Part shown: positions 41,550-52,611 of the stretch, piece after piece
How the letters are laid out: the number at the start of each line of letters is the position of its first letter
Position numbering within the stretch: position 1 is the first letter of the stretch
Origin: Candidatus Poribacteria bacterium
GTDB lineage: Bacteria > Poribacteria > WGA-4E > PCPOR2b
Direction of reading: 5' to 3'
NCBI GenBank assembly: GCA_965116925.1
Contig: OZ220744.1
Span: 768,001 to 832,000 of the forward strand
Length of the DNA stretch: 64,000 bases
Notes under the pieces: generated by a model
Databases searched by the model: none
Told to the model about the DNA's origin: nothing
The model's input: only the letters and a program-made list of their open reading frames with translations
Position numbers and translations under genes: made by a program

Positions 41550-43484
41550 TTATAGCCCCGAATCTTGTTCTACCGTTTGGGCACGTCTATGCACCTCCTC
41601 AAACCGGATGTTGGCAAGGCAGCCAAAAAGTAGATGTCTCGATAGGCGAGTCTGCGTTAATCGTGGAGAGGTAATACCACACGCAAATCGGGCTAATGCC
41701 CGGGCATCGTCGATCGGCTCCTCCTGATCTTGCCAGACACCAAGGAGCTGCTCCCAAAGTCCTTCATCAATTGTCCCCGGTTCCGCGGGTAGAAGCCTCG
41801 CAGGTTGATGACCATTCAAACACCAAGCACAATGTCCACAGAGACGAGAAAGTTTTTCACCAAAGTGGGCAGCTAGGTGCGCCACTTGACACCCGTCGTG
41901 CGATCCTAACTTGATAACTTGACCAATCCGTTCAACCTCACGTCTCTCAAGTTCAAGTGCGTTTTGAAACAGCACATCGGTTAGCCGATCGAGGTTGTCG
42001 GGCCGCCGAAGGATCGAAAAGCGATTGCGAACCCCTTCGGCTCTCACTTCCAACAGTCCCTGCTCGGCGAGGTAGTCCAATGCCCTCACTATTCGATCTC
42101 GGGGGCAATCAATCGCTTCTGCTGCTTCATCAAGATCAATGTGAAACCAAGTCTTGGCTTTGTGAGCTTGTTTGAAAACTGCTATCAGGAATTGGCGACG
42201 TTCATCTTCAAACCTCGATAAAATTTCGGACGATGAGACAAGTGGCTGAAATTGGTAACGGCTGTAAAATGGGGTCAGTTCCTGTAGATAACCATTAAGT
42301 TCCATTTGCACTAACAATGTCCGTGCCACTAATTGACGAATGTCATGATGTCTCGACAGTTCATAAAGACTAAGGTCGAACTGACCGGAAAAGGAAAAAA
42401 TCTCCTTGACTAAATCCCGGATTGCGTTTCGGCTTGGTGTGTCTCCATAGGCAAAATTCTCAAGTGTGCAAACATCATCCAAGCAGACAAACATCTCACA
42501 GATCGAAATCTCCCCGTCCCGCCCGGCACGCCCAATCTCCTGCGAAAAATTCTCAAGACTCTTCGGCAGATTATAGTGGTAGATATAACGGATGTTTGAC
42601 TTGTCGATTCCCATGCCGAAAGCAATAGTTGCCACTACGATCCCGTCGTCCGAGCCCATGAACCAATCTTGCACTTCAGTCCGTTGCTCATCTTTCATCC
42701 CTGCGTGATAGGCGCGTGCCGGTAGACCTGCCGAGGCGAGATACGCTGCTACTTCTTCGGACGTTTTTTGTAGTGTGACATAGACGATTGTGGGTCCCAC
42801 GGGATGCCTCTGCAGCCTTTCTAGCAAAACCCCATCACGGTCAGCAGCGGTGATAGGCGTTGTCAACATTGTGAGATTCTTTCGGTAAAAACCTGTCCGA
42901 ATTACGCATTCGCCGGGTATACCGAATCCCTCACAGATGTCTTCAGCCACCTTGGGAGCCGCTGTCGCCGTCAATGCAAACAACCGCTCTGCACGACATG
43001 CCCGCGCCAAACGAGCGAGTTTCAGGTAATCCGGTCGAAAGTTGTGCCCCCACTCCGAGATACAGTGTGCCTCGTCAACAGCGAACATTGATACCTTCGT
43101 GTGCATAAGTGTTTGCAAAAAGCGTTCATTGCTAAATCGCTCTGGTGCTACATACAGGAGACGCAACTCCCCAGATCTCAGACCTAACATGACAGCCCGA
43201 GTCTCATCGGCCGACAGCGTTGAATCGAGCCGCTCGGCTGGAACACCACGGCTTTTGAGGACATCGATCTGATTTTTCATCAACGCAATCAACGGCGAAA
43301 TAACAATTGTTACGCCCTCGAAGGTAAGCGCAGGCAATTGGTAGCAGAGCGATTTCCCTCCACCTGTTGGAAAAATCGCCAATGCCGAACGTCCAGCAAG
43401 CAGATGTTCGATGACTTCTGCTTGCCCCGGCAGAAATTGGTCAAAGCCAAATGTCTCGGAGAGCAGCTGTTGAGCCCGTTTCAT
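41550..43484 (-). CDS. recQ: RecQ family DNA helicase
   Basis: PTGGGKSLCYQLP, VDEAHCISEWGHNFRPDY, ATIAFGMGIDK, QEIGRAGRDG, CGHCAWC. Confidence 0.95.
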   Translation of the reverse strand: MKRAQQLLSETFGFDQFLPGQAEVIEHLLAGRSALAIFPTGGGKSLCYQLPALTFEGVTIVISPLIALMKNQIDVLKSRGVPAERLDSTLSADETRAVMLGLRSGELRLLYVAPERFSNERFLQTLMHTKVSMFAVDEAHCISEWGHNFRPDYLKLARLARACRAERLFALTATAAPKVAEDICEGFGIPGECVIRTGFYRKNLTMLTTPITAADRDGVLLERLQRHPVGPTIVYVTLQKTSEEVAAYLASAGLPARAYHAGMKDEQRTEVQDWFMGSDDGIVVATIAFGMGIDKSNIRYIYHYNLPKSLENFSQEIGRAGRDGEISICEMFVCLDDVCTLENFAYGDTPSRNAIRDLVKEIFSFSGQFDLSLYELSRHHDIRQLVARTLLVQMELNGYLQELTPFYSRYQFQPLVSSSEILSRFEDERRQFLIAVFKQAHKAKTWFHIDLDEAAEAIDCPRDRIVRALDYLAEQGLLEVRAEGVRNRFSILRRPDNLDRLTDVLFQNALELERREVERIGQVIKLGSHDGCQVAHLAAHFGEKLSRLCGHCAWCLNGHQPARLLPAEPGTIDEGLWEQLLGVWQDQEEPIDDARALARFACGITSPRLTQTRLSRHLLFGCLANIRFEEVHRRAQTVEQDSGL

Positions 43485-43566
43485 GCGATATTATTCCTTT
43501 CTTCTCAACCCGTCGGGAAAGGGAATTTCGCCCCTACCAATGACCGAAACCGAATGATGACTCCCC

Positions 43567-44715
43567 TCAATTTACCTCAAACGAGATACATAACTGTGTC
43601 GAATTGAGTCTCGCAATTCGCATCGCCTCTAATCCCTTTTCATCCCAAACGCCAGCGATTCTTGTTTCACATTTCGGACAGCTGCCAGCTTTCAGCCGGT
43701 GCTTCAATATTCTGAATCCCCATCGCTCAATGAGGAGTTCACCGCAGCCGGGGCAGTAGGTGTTTTCGTAACGTCCAACATGGCCGGGGCGGTTGCCTGC
43801 GTACACATAATGGAGTCCAGCGTCGTAGCCAATCTCTGCTGCGCGGATAAGCGTGGAGACGGAGGTGTTGTCCGGCTCGGTCAACTTATAGTCCTGATGA
43901 AAAGCTGTCACATGCCACGGAATATCTGGTGAGATAGACACAAGGAAATTGGCAATCTCTTTTAGTACGTCATCAGAATCGTTGAAACTTGGAACGATAA
44001 GCGTGACAATCTCAACCCAGAAATTACGTTCATACAACATCTCAACTGTATCAAGGACATGCTTTAGCACACCGCCGAGCTTGCGGTAATTTCTGTCGTT
44101 GAAATCCTTGAGATCTACTTTATACAGATCTACCCATGGAGCGAGTGCGTCGAGAACTTCGGGTGTAGCGTTTCCGTTGGACACATAGGAGGTGACAAGT
44201 CCATGCTTTCTCGCCTCCTTGAAGATATCAATCGCCCATTCGCTCGTAATGAGCGGCTCATTGTACGTGCTCGTGACAACTTGGGCGTTGTGTCGACGGG
44301 CAAGTGAAACAAACGCTTCCGGTGAAATATCCTTCAGCGGTGCCCCTGCGTTTTTGTCCCGAAGTGCTTGTGAGGTAATCCAGTTTTGACAGTAAGCGCA
44401 GTGATAATCGCAACCCAACATTCCGAAACTCATCGCTAAGGCACCGGGAAATGCGTGGAAGAACGGCTTTTTCTCAATCGGATCGAGTTGCAACGCCCCT
44501 ACGTATCCCCATGGCACATAGAGCTTGCCCCCTTCATTGAACCTCACGCGACAAATACCGGCCCTGCCCGGCGGGATTTTACAATTGTGGCCGCACGCGT
44601 AGCAATGCACCCAATCCGCTTTGTCGGACAGTTTTTCGTACAGGAAACCTTCTTGGGTTCGTGTGGTGAGTGCTCGTTTGAGCGTCATGGCTTCTTCTGG
44701 TTGTTGTCTCGCCAT
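43567..44715 (-). CDS. amrS: AmmeMemoRadiSam system radical SAM enzyme
   Basis: CYACGHNC, DPIEKKPFFH, GCDYHCAYCQNW, STYNEP, ENTYCPGC. Confidence 0.9.
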   Translation of the reverse strand: MARQQPEEAMTLKRALTTRTQEGFLYEKLSDKADWVHCYACGHNCKIPPGRAGICRVRFNEGGKLYVPWGYVGALQLDPIEKKPFFHAFPGALAMSFGMLGCDYHCAYCQNWITSQALRDKNAGAPLKDISPEAFVSLARRHNAQVVTSTYNEPLITSEWAIDIFKEARKHGLVTSYVSNGNATPEVLDALAPWVDLYKVDLKDFNDRNYRKLGGVLKHVLDTVEMLYERNFWVEIVTLIVPSFNDSDDVLKEIANFLVSISPDIPWHVTAFHQDYKLTEPDNTSVSTLIRAAEIGYDAGLHYVYAGNRPGHVGRYENTYCPGCGELLIERWGFRILKHRLKAGSCPKCETRIAGVWDEKGLEAMRIARLNSTQLCISFEVN

Positions 44716-44782
44716 CTTACCTCACCCCAATTTCCACTCACTCCACACACTATACGGAGACATCATTTATTTTGTTAATCTA

Positions 44783-45211
44783 ACGTAAGTTGCTAGTACT
44801 CTGTCATATAAGTTTTGCATATCAACAAGGGGGTCGGGTGACCCGACCCCTACGAAGTATTATGAGTCTCAATCCATATAGACAATCATAATTTGCCTGA
44901 CAGTGTACTAGGACGTGTTGACATTTTGAAGCTGCTGATTCGGCAAATGCTGTAAGCATCAGCCAATCTGCAAAATGTAGCGCAAACTGTTAGTTTGCAG
45001 GCTAAGATCACAATCTAACAGATCGTGGTACAAAAGGCTATCTACTTTTGGCTCATGTATTGTGTAACCTACGGATACTGCTGGTTACGGCATACGGAGT
45101 ATGCCTACTACCTTTACACATGTCGCCCCGCTGGGGCTTTGTAGATCCGGTAAAATACCCGGCCTACGGATATTGGGAGTTGACGCGCCACATATAACTA
45201 GCAACTTGCGT
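44783..45211. mobile_element. MITE family C (14-bp TIR, 7-bp TSD taatcta) containing A and partial B
   Basis: acgtaagttgctag...ctagcaacttgcgt; A at 44793-44911; B from 44908. Confidence 0.87.
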
Positions 45212-45317
45212 TAATCTATGTGTGTAAATATAACCCATTCGCTCCCAAAAGGCAAGCCTCTTTTTGCAGGGTGAACATCTCCTCTACCAACTGTACGTGA
45301 AATTTGTGCTTTAGATG

Positions 45318-45346
45318 TAGACACGGTTGATCGAATCTGATATAAT
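45318..45346 (+). promoter_or_regulatory. Putative sigma70 promoter
   Basis: TAGACA-17 bp-TATAAT with extended TGn. Confidence 0.5.
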
Positions 45347-45369
45347 GGAATAATGTCAAAAGAGAGAGG

Positions 45370-45780
45370 GTGTTGATTGTGCAACAACAGAACCAACCTG
45401 CTAAAAGTAATAAAGTCCTTCAAGGATTCCTTCCCTGGATTATTCTCGGTGTTGGCTTACTAATCATGGTCGTGGGAATTATTATCAGCTCTACGATAAA
45501 AGACAAATCTCCTGCACCGCAACCAGGACCAGCACCGCGCATACCCAAAGTCAATCTCATCATCCATTCCAACGTTGGTGGAGCAGAAGTCTATCTTAAC
45601 GATCAGCAAAAAGCGATTGTTTCTGATACGCACCATAAAGCAACGCTATTCAACCTCGCGCCGAATACATATCAGATTGCGGTGAAGAAACAGGGGTATG
45701 CCGATCGGACGGAGACGGTGGAGATCACGGGACAAACAATCTCTCAAATCGTGGAAATCCCTTTGCGACCTAGCCGATAA
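45370..45780 (+). CDS. Membrane-anchored PEGA domain protein
   Basis: One TM segment, Pro-rich linker, IHSNVGGAEVYLND..YQIAVKKQGY; start uncertain. Confidence 0.75.
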   Translation: MLIVQQQNQPAKSNKVLQGFLPWIILGVGLLIMVVGIIISSTIKDKSPAPQPGPAPRIPKVNLIIHSNVGGAEVYLNDQQKAIVSDTHHKATLFNLAPNTYQIAVKKQGYADRTETVEITGQTISQIVEIPLRPSR

Positions 45781-45789
45781 CCGAGTGAT

Positions 45790-46830
45790 ATGGACTGGAT
45801 ACGTTTCGGACACCCTCATTTCCTATATCTGCTATGGATTACGCCTGCCTTTATCTTACTCTATATCTACGCATTCCGACAAAAGCGGAAGGCATACCAA
45901 CGCTTCAGCAGCCATCATTTTTTTCAAAGACTGACGAGATCTGTCCACTTTGGAAGGCAGAAGGCAAAAGTAGTCTTAATGTCCCTTAGCTATGCGTTCC
46001 TTGTCCTTGCCCTTTCGCGTCCCCAAATCGGAACGACCCTTGAAATGGTCAAGCGGAGTGGGTTGGATATTATGATCGGGCTAGACATTTCGGCGAGTAT
46101 GTTAGCGGAGGACATCAAACCGAATCGGCTGCTCAAGGCAAAGCACTCTATCTCCTCATTTATTGATCGGTTAGAGGGCGACCGAGTGGGTCTGATTGCG
46201 TTTGCGGGAGATAGCTTCGTCCAATGCCCATTGACTATCGACTACACTGCAGCGAAACTCCTGCTTGATTCTCTTGATGTTGACACAATCTCCCAAACCG
46301 GCACAGAGATTAGCCAAGCCATCGAGATAGCCGCATCCAGTTTCAACCAAGAGGAGGATAAGTACAAAGTCCTGCTCTTCTTCACGGATGGTGAAGACCA
46401 CGGGAGGCGAGCAATTGAAGCGGCGGAGGCGGCAGCCAACCAAGGGATACGCATCTACTGTGTTGGCGTCGGTTTGCCGAATCAGGGTACGCCAATTCCG
46501 CTTCGTCAGTCGAACGGTGAATTCCGGGGGTATAAGCACGATAGAGATGGTAAACCGATCGTGACGAAGCTAGAAGATGCGCTATTACGGGAGATTGCTC
46601 AACTGACAGGCGGGAATTATTATCAAGCCACGCCGGGGGGGGCAGAGATAGATCGACTGCTCGCAGAACTCGCTGCAATCGAGAAACGTGAAATCGAGGA
46701 ACGACAGTTCACGCAGTATGAGGATCGGTTTCAATATTTCTTGGCGTTCGCGCTGTTATTTTTGGTATGGGAATTTTTGCTGCCGGAGTCCCGCTCCAAT
46801 AGACCGAACGCTATTAGGGAAGAGAGCTAA
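45790..46830 (+). CDS. VWA domain membrane protein (BatB-like)
   Basis: LSRPQIG, LDISASMLAEDIKPNRL, DRVGLIAFAG, FTDGEDH, YEDRFQYFL. Confidence 0.9.
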   Translation: MDWIRFGHPHFLYLLWITPAFILLYIYAFRQKRKAYQRFSSHHFFQRLTRSVHFGRQKAKVVLMSLSYAFLVLALSRPQIGTTLEMVKRSGLDIMIGLDISASMLAEDIKPNRLLKAKHSISSFIDRLEGDRVGLIAFAGDSFVQCPLTIDYTAAKLLLDSLDVDTISQTGTEISQAIEIAASSFNQEEDKYKVLLFFTDGEDHGRRAIEAAEAAANQGIRIYCVGVGLPNQGTPIPLRQSNGEFRGYKHDRDGKPIVTKLEDALLREIAQLTGGNYYQATPGGAEIDRLLAELAAIEKREIEERQFTQYEDRFQYFLAFALLFLVWEFLLPESRSNRPNAIREES

Positions 46831-46846
46831 CCCCAGCTGCTACATT

Positions 46847-46954
46847 TATAGTAAATTTTAGAATTAATGAGACACTCCAACTCGGCGCAGTTGGAAACAG
46901 CGCCTACCAAACATGGGGAGCGAAAGTGTCTATTTATTTTTAGCATTCACTATA
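46847..46954 (+). mobile_element. MITE family E (108 bp)
   Basis: Near-identical to the 1828 copy. Confidence 0.87.
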
Positions 46955-46963
46955 AACCTCATT

Positions 46964-47680
46964 CTACGTGAAGAACTCCTCGTTATGCGGACGCAGATCT
47001 AATTCAAACGCCCACGCACTTTTGGGTTGTTGTACCAAGCTCCAGTACGCTTCAGCGATATCATCGGGCAGCAACAACGGTTCATCTTCCGATAATTGGT
47101 AACGCTCACGGACACTCGGTGTGTCGATAACGCCATCAATGATGATGTGGGCGACGTGAATCCCTTTCGGACCCATCTCTCGCGCTAACGCCCATGCCAA
47201 TCCTCGTACCGCGAATTTCGCGCTGGAGAAAGCAATCGCGCCCGCTCTGCCGCGGATAGCTGAGGTGGCTCCTGTGAAGAGGATTGCACCACTCCCCTTT
47301 TCGACCATATCTGGTACTACCTGTTGAGCGCAGAGGAACGATCCAAAGGCACAGACCTGCCATGAGCGATGAAAGGCTTCAGCGGTCAATTCGCCAAACT
47401 CACCCCACGCCGCATTACCGGCATGATTGATGAGAACGTCCACCCCTCCCAATTCCTCGCGGATTGTGTTAAAACTGGCTTCAACCATTTGGGAATCGCT
47501 GATGTCGGTGGGCAGCGCGAGTGCATTTGTGCCTGATGCGCCTAGTTCAGCGGCAAGTGTTTGGATGTAGTCCGATGATCGGGCGAGTAGTCCTACCTGA
47601 TAACCCTCAGATGCGAATTTCCGTACAAGCGATGCACCCAGTCCAGGACCAACGCCTGTAATTACAGCGGTCTTTTTCAT
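46964..47680 (-). CDS. Short-chain dehydrogenase/reductase
   Basis: ITGVGPGLG, INHAG, FTGATSA, FSSAKFAVR; upstream ORF extension lies in a MITE. Confidence 0.9.
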   Translation of the reverse strand: MKKTAVITGVGPGLGASLVRKFASEGYQVGLLARSSDYIQTLAAELGASGTNALALPTDISDSQMVEASFNTIREELGGVDVLINHAGNAAWGEFGELTAEAFHRSWQVCAFGSFLCAQQVVPDMVEKGSGAILFTGATSAIRGRAGAIAFSSAKFAVRGLAWALAREMGPKGIHVAHIIIDGVIDTPSVRERYQLSEDEPLLLPDDIAEAYWSLVQQPKSAWAFELDLRPHNEEFFT

Positions 47681-47720
47681 TTTCATTTTCCTCACTTTTG
47701 TTGAGATATTTTTCAATGGA

Positions 47721-48033
47721 TTAGGGCGTGTTGACATTTTGAAGCTGCTCATTTAGCAAACGCTGGGATCACAATCTAACAGATCGTGGTACAAAAGGCG
47801 ATTGTCCCGATTTATCGGGATTTTCAACGTGGCGTGCAACAAGCCGGGTTGATTGAGCCCAAACTATAGCGCGATGTGCTAAGGGGTGTCAATTTTGGAA
47901 AATCGACCTACAGAAATCCGAGGCCATCTCTGATGTGTGAACAGAGAGGTGGGGGACCCAACCCCTACGAAGGATTATGTGTTTGTGTGCCCCCTTGATT
48001 GTCTGATTGCGATGGAATGTCAACAGAACCTAG
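47721..48033 (+). mobile_element. MITE family B, complete
   Basis: ttagggcgtgttgaca...tgtcaacagaacctag. Confidence 0.8.
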
Positions 48034-48157
48034 CACCTTAATCATGCTATCATTGACTTCAATTGATGTCCAGTCTAAAAAACTTGCATTTGATTTGGGG
48101 GATGTGCATAATAGTTCACCCGAAAACAGCAGCGATCTTAAAAATATTAGAACAAGA

Positions 48158-48265
48158 TATAGCAGATTTTAGAATTAATGAGACACTCCAACTCGGCGCA
48201 GTTACAAACAGCGCCTACCAAACATGGGCCGTGAAAGTGTCTATTTATTTTTAGAATTCGCTATA
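48158..48265 (+). mobile_element. MITE family E (108 bp)
   Basis: Near-identical to the 1828 and 46847 copies. Confidence 0.85.
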
Positions 48266-48294
48266 AATGTCATACTACGCATTCGGAGGACTGC

Positions 48295-49428
48295 ATGCAC
48301 GATTCACGATTGGAGAAACTTGCAGATGTACTCACAACCCACTCGACTAAGGTACAGCCCGGTGAGTATGTTCTGATTGAAGGGTTTGATATTCCAGAAG
48401 AGATGATTATCGCTTTAATCCGTACAGTGCGGGCGGCTGGCGGGATACCACTCGTTGAGATTAAGCAGAATCGCATCCAGCGCGAACTGCTCCGAGACGC
48501 CGACGAGGAAGGATTAAAGCTAATTGGCGAATACGAAGGCTATCGGATGAAAAAGGTGCAGGCGTATATCGGCATTCGTGGCAGCCAGAACATCGCAGAG
48601 ATGTCGGACGTACCGACAGAGGGGATGCGGGCTTACGAAAAACACTGGCTGACCCCCGTTCACTTCGATATTCGTGTCTCCAAGACGAAGTGGGTGGTTC
48701 TACGTTGGCCCTCACCGTCAATGGCACAGAGTGCAAAAATGAGCACCGAAGCGTTTGAGGATTTCTACTTTGACGTATGTACGCTTGACTATAACCACAT
48801 GGAAAAGGCAATCGCACCGCTCCAAAATCTGATGGAGGGGACGGATGAGGTTCACATCACTGGACAAGGCACAGATTTGAAATTTAGCATCAAGGACATC
48901 CCCGTGATACCCTGCACCGGCGAAAGGAATATCCCTGATGGCGAGTGCTTTACCGCCCCCGTTCGTGAATCGGTCAATGGTGTTATCCATTTTAATACAC
49001 CGACGCTCTATCAAGGGACGGTATTTAACGATATTTGCCTCCACTTTGAGAGCGGTAAGATAGTGGAGGCATCTGCCAATAACACCGAAAAACTTAACGA
49101 CATCCTTGATACAGATCCGGGCGCACGATATATCGGCGAATTTGCTATCGGGTTTAATCCGTACATCCATACCCCGATGCTCGATATTTTGTTCGACGAA
49201 AAGATTGCAGGATCGTTCCACTTCACACCCGGCCAGGCGTATGAGGTCGCGGATAACGGCGTTCGCTCAAGTGTCCATTGGGACATGGTGATGATTCAAA
49301 CGCCTGAGCATGGTGGTGGGGAAATCTCTTTTGATGGGCAGTTAATTCGGAAAGATGGGCAGTTTGTACTCCCTGAGTTGGAGGGGCTTAACCCTGAAAA
49401 TCTGCTGTCCGCATCAGGAACAGATTGA
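48295..49428 (+). CDS. Aminopeptidase, peptidase M29 (AmpS/AmpT) family
   Basis: [41 protein letters not shown]. Confidence 0.92.
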   Translation: MHDSRLEKLADVLTTHSTKVQPGEYVLIEGFDIPEEMIIALIRTVRAAGGIPLVEIKQNRIQRELLRDADEEGLKLIGEYEGYRMKKVQAYIGIRGSQNIAEMSDVPTEGMRAYEKHWLTPVHFDIRVSKTKWVVLRWPSPSMAQSAKMSTEAFEDFYFDVCTLDYNHMEKAIAPLQNLMEGTDEVHITGQGTDLKFSIKDIPVIPCTGERNIPDGECFTAPVRESVNGVIHFNTPTLYQGTVFNDICLHFESGKIVEASANNTEKLNDILDTDPGARYIGEFAIGFNPYIHTPMLDILFDEKIAGSFHFTPGQAYEVADNGVRSSVHWDMVMIQTPEHGGGEISFDGQLIRKDGQFVLPELEGLNPENLLSASGTD

Positions 49429-49432
49429 GGTT

Positions 49433-51523
49433 CTATTTGTCGTTCATCTCCTTAACACGCCGATCGATCTGGCGAAACTGCCAACCCCATCGGACATTGT
49501 AAAGGAACTGACGAAGATCGAATCGGTTATCGTCAGGGGAATAGGACTCGGCGTGATATGACGGTGTCAGTGTTGTCATCTTATGACGGTTCACGGAATA
49601 GTAGTAAAAGAAGCGTTTGACCTTTTCGGCGATCTCTTGGGGCGGGAGATGATTCCATTCATGGACTAATTTCTCAAACATACTTACGGGACCGCACCGA
49701 TCAATTTTCCGCAGCCTGCCGAAACGACTGAGCTCTTCGTAGGTCATTCCCATATCCGCCTCATCCTCCTGCGTGTATGTTTCAGTGATTGGCTCTAACT
49801 CCGCTGTCGGTGGGGCTTCGACCACCTCAGTGAGAGCATGGTAACCCAGATTCTCTGCTGCCCAGCGCAAAAACCGGCGGAGGTCCGTCTTGCTAATCCC
49901 GCCGATTGGGTTCAGATCGGCACTGCTGCAATCGTATTTCGTCACATACCCTCGAAGGCTCTCATCCACGTTGGCACTGCCCAAAACCAGCAACGCACCA
50001 CGTTTGCCCCGCACCCACGGCAACAGTTGCGCCATCAGATAAGCAAGGGTCATACGGATGCGTGCCTGAATATTCTGCAAGGCATTATTCTCCCTCTCTG
50101 TTCCACCCTCCACCTTAAACTTCGGGGTTTTCCCAGTAATGCCCACAAAAAGAGCATAGAGCGCAGCAACGACTGAATCAATATTCACACTCAGGTGGTA
50201 AGAACCGATCTGGTCGGTCAGCCGCTTTGCGCGATCCTGTGTCGCTTTTGAGCTATTCCGGGTTGCCATGTAACAGGTATAAAAGACTCTATTGGCAAAT
50301 TCGCGTGGATCGGTTGGGAGGTAGGCACTATCTTCGCTTTCTCCAGTGATTCGACGGGCATCTTGGATGACTTGTTGGTTGCCTGCTCGCGCTGCCTTTG
50401 CAACCATCTGACACATTGAGCCAACAATAGTTGCCACCGACGAGCTATCCGCCCCACCGGAGATTGGCAAGAAATATCCCGCGACACCGGAGCGTCTCAG
50501 GTAATCCCACAGCCAACAGGCGGGACCGTAGGCAATCTCTTCTTCCGGCGTGTGATAGTTCACATCAATTGTAGAGGAAGGAGAACAAGAGGAATCTTCG
50601 ACGGTCAGGTCAAAATCCGCGCTTATCCGAGGGACTGGATCCGATTGGCTGGCTTGTACCATTCGGCTGATAATTGCGCCACGCTTCGATCGTACGTCTT
50701 CCAGATTAACAGTTGCTGTGACCACTTCGACATCGTTCAGAGAAAACTGCGACCCCTGTGCCACAATCTCCCCATTGAGGGCAATGAGCGCGCACCCATC
50801 GAAATAGAGCCGTCCGCCATCGCACCCCTGTTGATTTGCGTAGAGGTAAACACCGCCACTTTTCGAGGTTGCATTACGGATGAGATCCACCCGCGTGTTC
50901 AGCTTGCGAAGTTCGTGATGTGAGCCTGAACCGTTCGTGATAATTTCAATCCCGTTCAAGCCGAGATAGATATGTGGACTATTTGGCGCGAAAAGTTCCT
51001 CACAGGTTTCAGCGGCTAGGGCAGTATCACGCGCCGCGATTGCTGCATCGCCGAAGGGCACCGTTTCCTGTCCCGTTATCTCCCGGAGCATACGCGGCAG
51101 GTAGTATTCCTCCACTTGTCGTAGGTGTTGCCACGCTGCAAACCATCGGGGTTCCCGATAGTTTCCGTCGGCGGCAAGAATTAGCTTGGGACGGATGAGG
51201 AGAATCTTTCCATTTAGCACGAAGATCCGACAGTTATACCGCACATTTCTGTGCATGACCGGCATCCCGATATCGCACAAAATATCGGTTGTTAGGTCGC
51301 CCTTGAGGATTTCGGCAAGACACTCCCACGAATGGAGAAAGGTATCTCCCTCCAAGAAATGGTCTTCGCAACCGTAGCCCGGTATTTCGAGTTCGGGACC
51401 GAGCCGATAGCGTGCCCCGTTTTGCTTGGCTATCTGAATCGACTCGATAATCCGTCCCAAATTTCCCTCAAAATCGAGTGCCCATTGGGTGAGATTGCAT
51501 GTTGCTAAGGTTGTGAGTTTCAT
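49433..51523 (-). CDS. nadE: Glutamine-dependent NAD+ synthetase (eukaryote-like type)
   Basis: [58 protein letters not shown] 51523. Confidence 0.95.
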   Translation of the reverse strand: MKLTTLATCNLTQWALDFEGNLGRIIESIQIAKQNGARYRLGPELEIPGYGCEDHFLEGDTFLHSWECLAEILKGDLTTDILCDIGMPVMHRNVRYNCRIFVLNGKILLIRPKLILAADGNYREPRWFAAWQHLRQVEEYYLPRMLREITGQETVPFGDAAIAARDTALAAETCEELFAPNSPHIYLGLNGIEIITNGSGSHHELRKLNTRVDLIRNATSKSGGVYLYANQQGCDGGRLYFDGCALIALNGEIVAQGSQFSLNDVEVVTATVNLEDVRSKRGAIISRMVQASQSDPVPRISADFDLTVEDSSCSPSSTIDVNYHTPEEEIAYGPACWLWDYLRRSGVAGYFLPISGGADSSSVATIVGSMCQMVAKAARAGNQQVIQDARRITGESEDSAYLPTDPREFANRVFYTCYMATRNSSKATQDRAKRLTDQIGSYHLSVNIDSVVAALYALFVGITGKTPKFKVEGGTERENNALQNIQARIRMTLAYLMAQLLPWVRGKRGALLVLGSANVDESLRGYVTKYDCSSADLNPIGGISKTDLRRFLRWAAENLGYHALTEVVEAPPTAELEPITETYTQEDEADMGMTYEELSRFGRLRKIDRCGPVSMFEKLVHEWNHLPPQEIAEKVKRFFYYYSVNRHKMTTLTPSYHAESYSPDDNRFDLRQFLYNVRWGWQFRQIDRRVKEMNDK

Positions 51524-51561
51524 GACTTTGCGTCCAAAGCGTGATGCGTGAAACGTGAAAG

Positions 51562-51972
51562 TTGACATCTCTCTTTGATGCGAGCGGTGTTGTCCTCGCC
51601 TACCTTTTTGGATCGGAGGCGAAAGGCACCACACACCCTGAATCGGACATCGACATCGCCGTTCTGCTATCCGATCAGATCCCGCAAGCGGAATACGGTC
51701 AACGGGTGGTAGACCTCAATACCGAGCTTATTGGCATTTTCCAACGGGATGCAGTTGATGTTGCACTGCTGAACAACGCCCCGCCGCTGCTGGCTTTTCA
51801 AGTTGTACGTCACGGCGTTGTCATCTATGACCCAGATCATCGGTATGTCTCATTCTATGTTGACACATTCAATCGTTATACCGACACCCAACCTTTGCGT
51901 GACCTCCAATGGCAATACTACCTCAAAAGACAGAGTGCCAAATCCCAAAACTCCCGAAGCGAGCCCGATTAA
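51562..51972 (+). CDS. mntA: MNT (minimal nucleotidyltransferase) antitoxin, possibly 5'-truncated
   Basis: [19 protein letters not shown] (GS-x10-DxD), [13 protein letters not shown]. Confidence 0.85.
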   Translation: MTSLFDASGVVLAYLFGSEAKGTTHPESDIDIAVLLSDQIPQAEYGQRVVDLNTELIGIFQRDAVDVALLNNAPPLLAFQVVRHGVVIYDPDHRYVSFYVDTFNRYTDTQPLRDLQWQYYLKRQSAKSQNSRSEPD

Positions 51973-51974
51973 GT

Positions 51975-52403
51975 ATGATTGATCCACAAGCCACCCAAGC
52001 CTTGTTACAAACGCTTTCGGAATATACCGAAGATCTCCGCACTTATCAGCAGTTGAGTCGTGATGAGGTGGTAGCAGATCGCAATTATCAATCGATGATT
52101 CGTTATGCGCTGCAAACGGCAATCCGGTGTGTGATTGATATTGCGAATCACCTGCTTATCGGCGGCGACTTGGAACAGCCATCTGACAGCCGGTCTGCAA
52201 TACTTGGACTCGGTAGATACGATATTCTGCCTCAAGATTTTGCACAGGAACTCGCTGGCATGTCGGGGCTACGAAACGTGATTGTGCATCGGTATATGAC
52301 GGTCGATGATGAGTTGATCTATCAATTTCTACAACGGTGTGTTACCGATTTTGAGGCGTTTAGTCAACATATCGTCGACTATTTACAAGAAAATTGTCGG
52401 TAG
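51975..52403 (+). CDS. hepT: HEPN (DUF86) ribonuclease toxin
   Basis: CVIDIANH, GLRNVIVHRY (R-x4-H-x-Y), directly after MNT. Confidence 0.88.
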   Translation: MIDPQATQALLQTLSEYTEDLRTYQQLSRDEVVADRNYQSMIRYALQTAIRCVIDIANHLLIGGDLEQPSDSRSAILGLGRYDILPQDFAQELAGMSGLRNVIVHRYMTVDDELIYQFLQRCVTDFEAFSQHIVDYLQENCR

Positions 52404-52611
52404 TGGTGCGTTAAACGTAAAGGAACTGATTGCCTGTTGGGTTTCACTGTGTTCATCTGTAATGAGGGGGGTGTCGAAAGGCAGTATCTCTATTGTGCTT
52501 GATAGGGGTTCGCATTTAGACGTTCAACCCAACCTACATCAAACCAGACGGCTTCATGTCTCGTTTTCTGGTTTTCCCGTTTTCCTATCTTTACGTTTCA
52601 CGCATCACGTT

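Noticed and set aside
47687..47752. N-terminal extension of the SDR
   Set aside because: Start lies inside MITE B; an RBS precedes the downstream ATG
51524..51634. 37-aa N-terminal extension of nadE
   Set aside because: Runs through the heptamer repeat and the MNT gene; recognisable sequence starts at MKLTT
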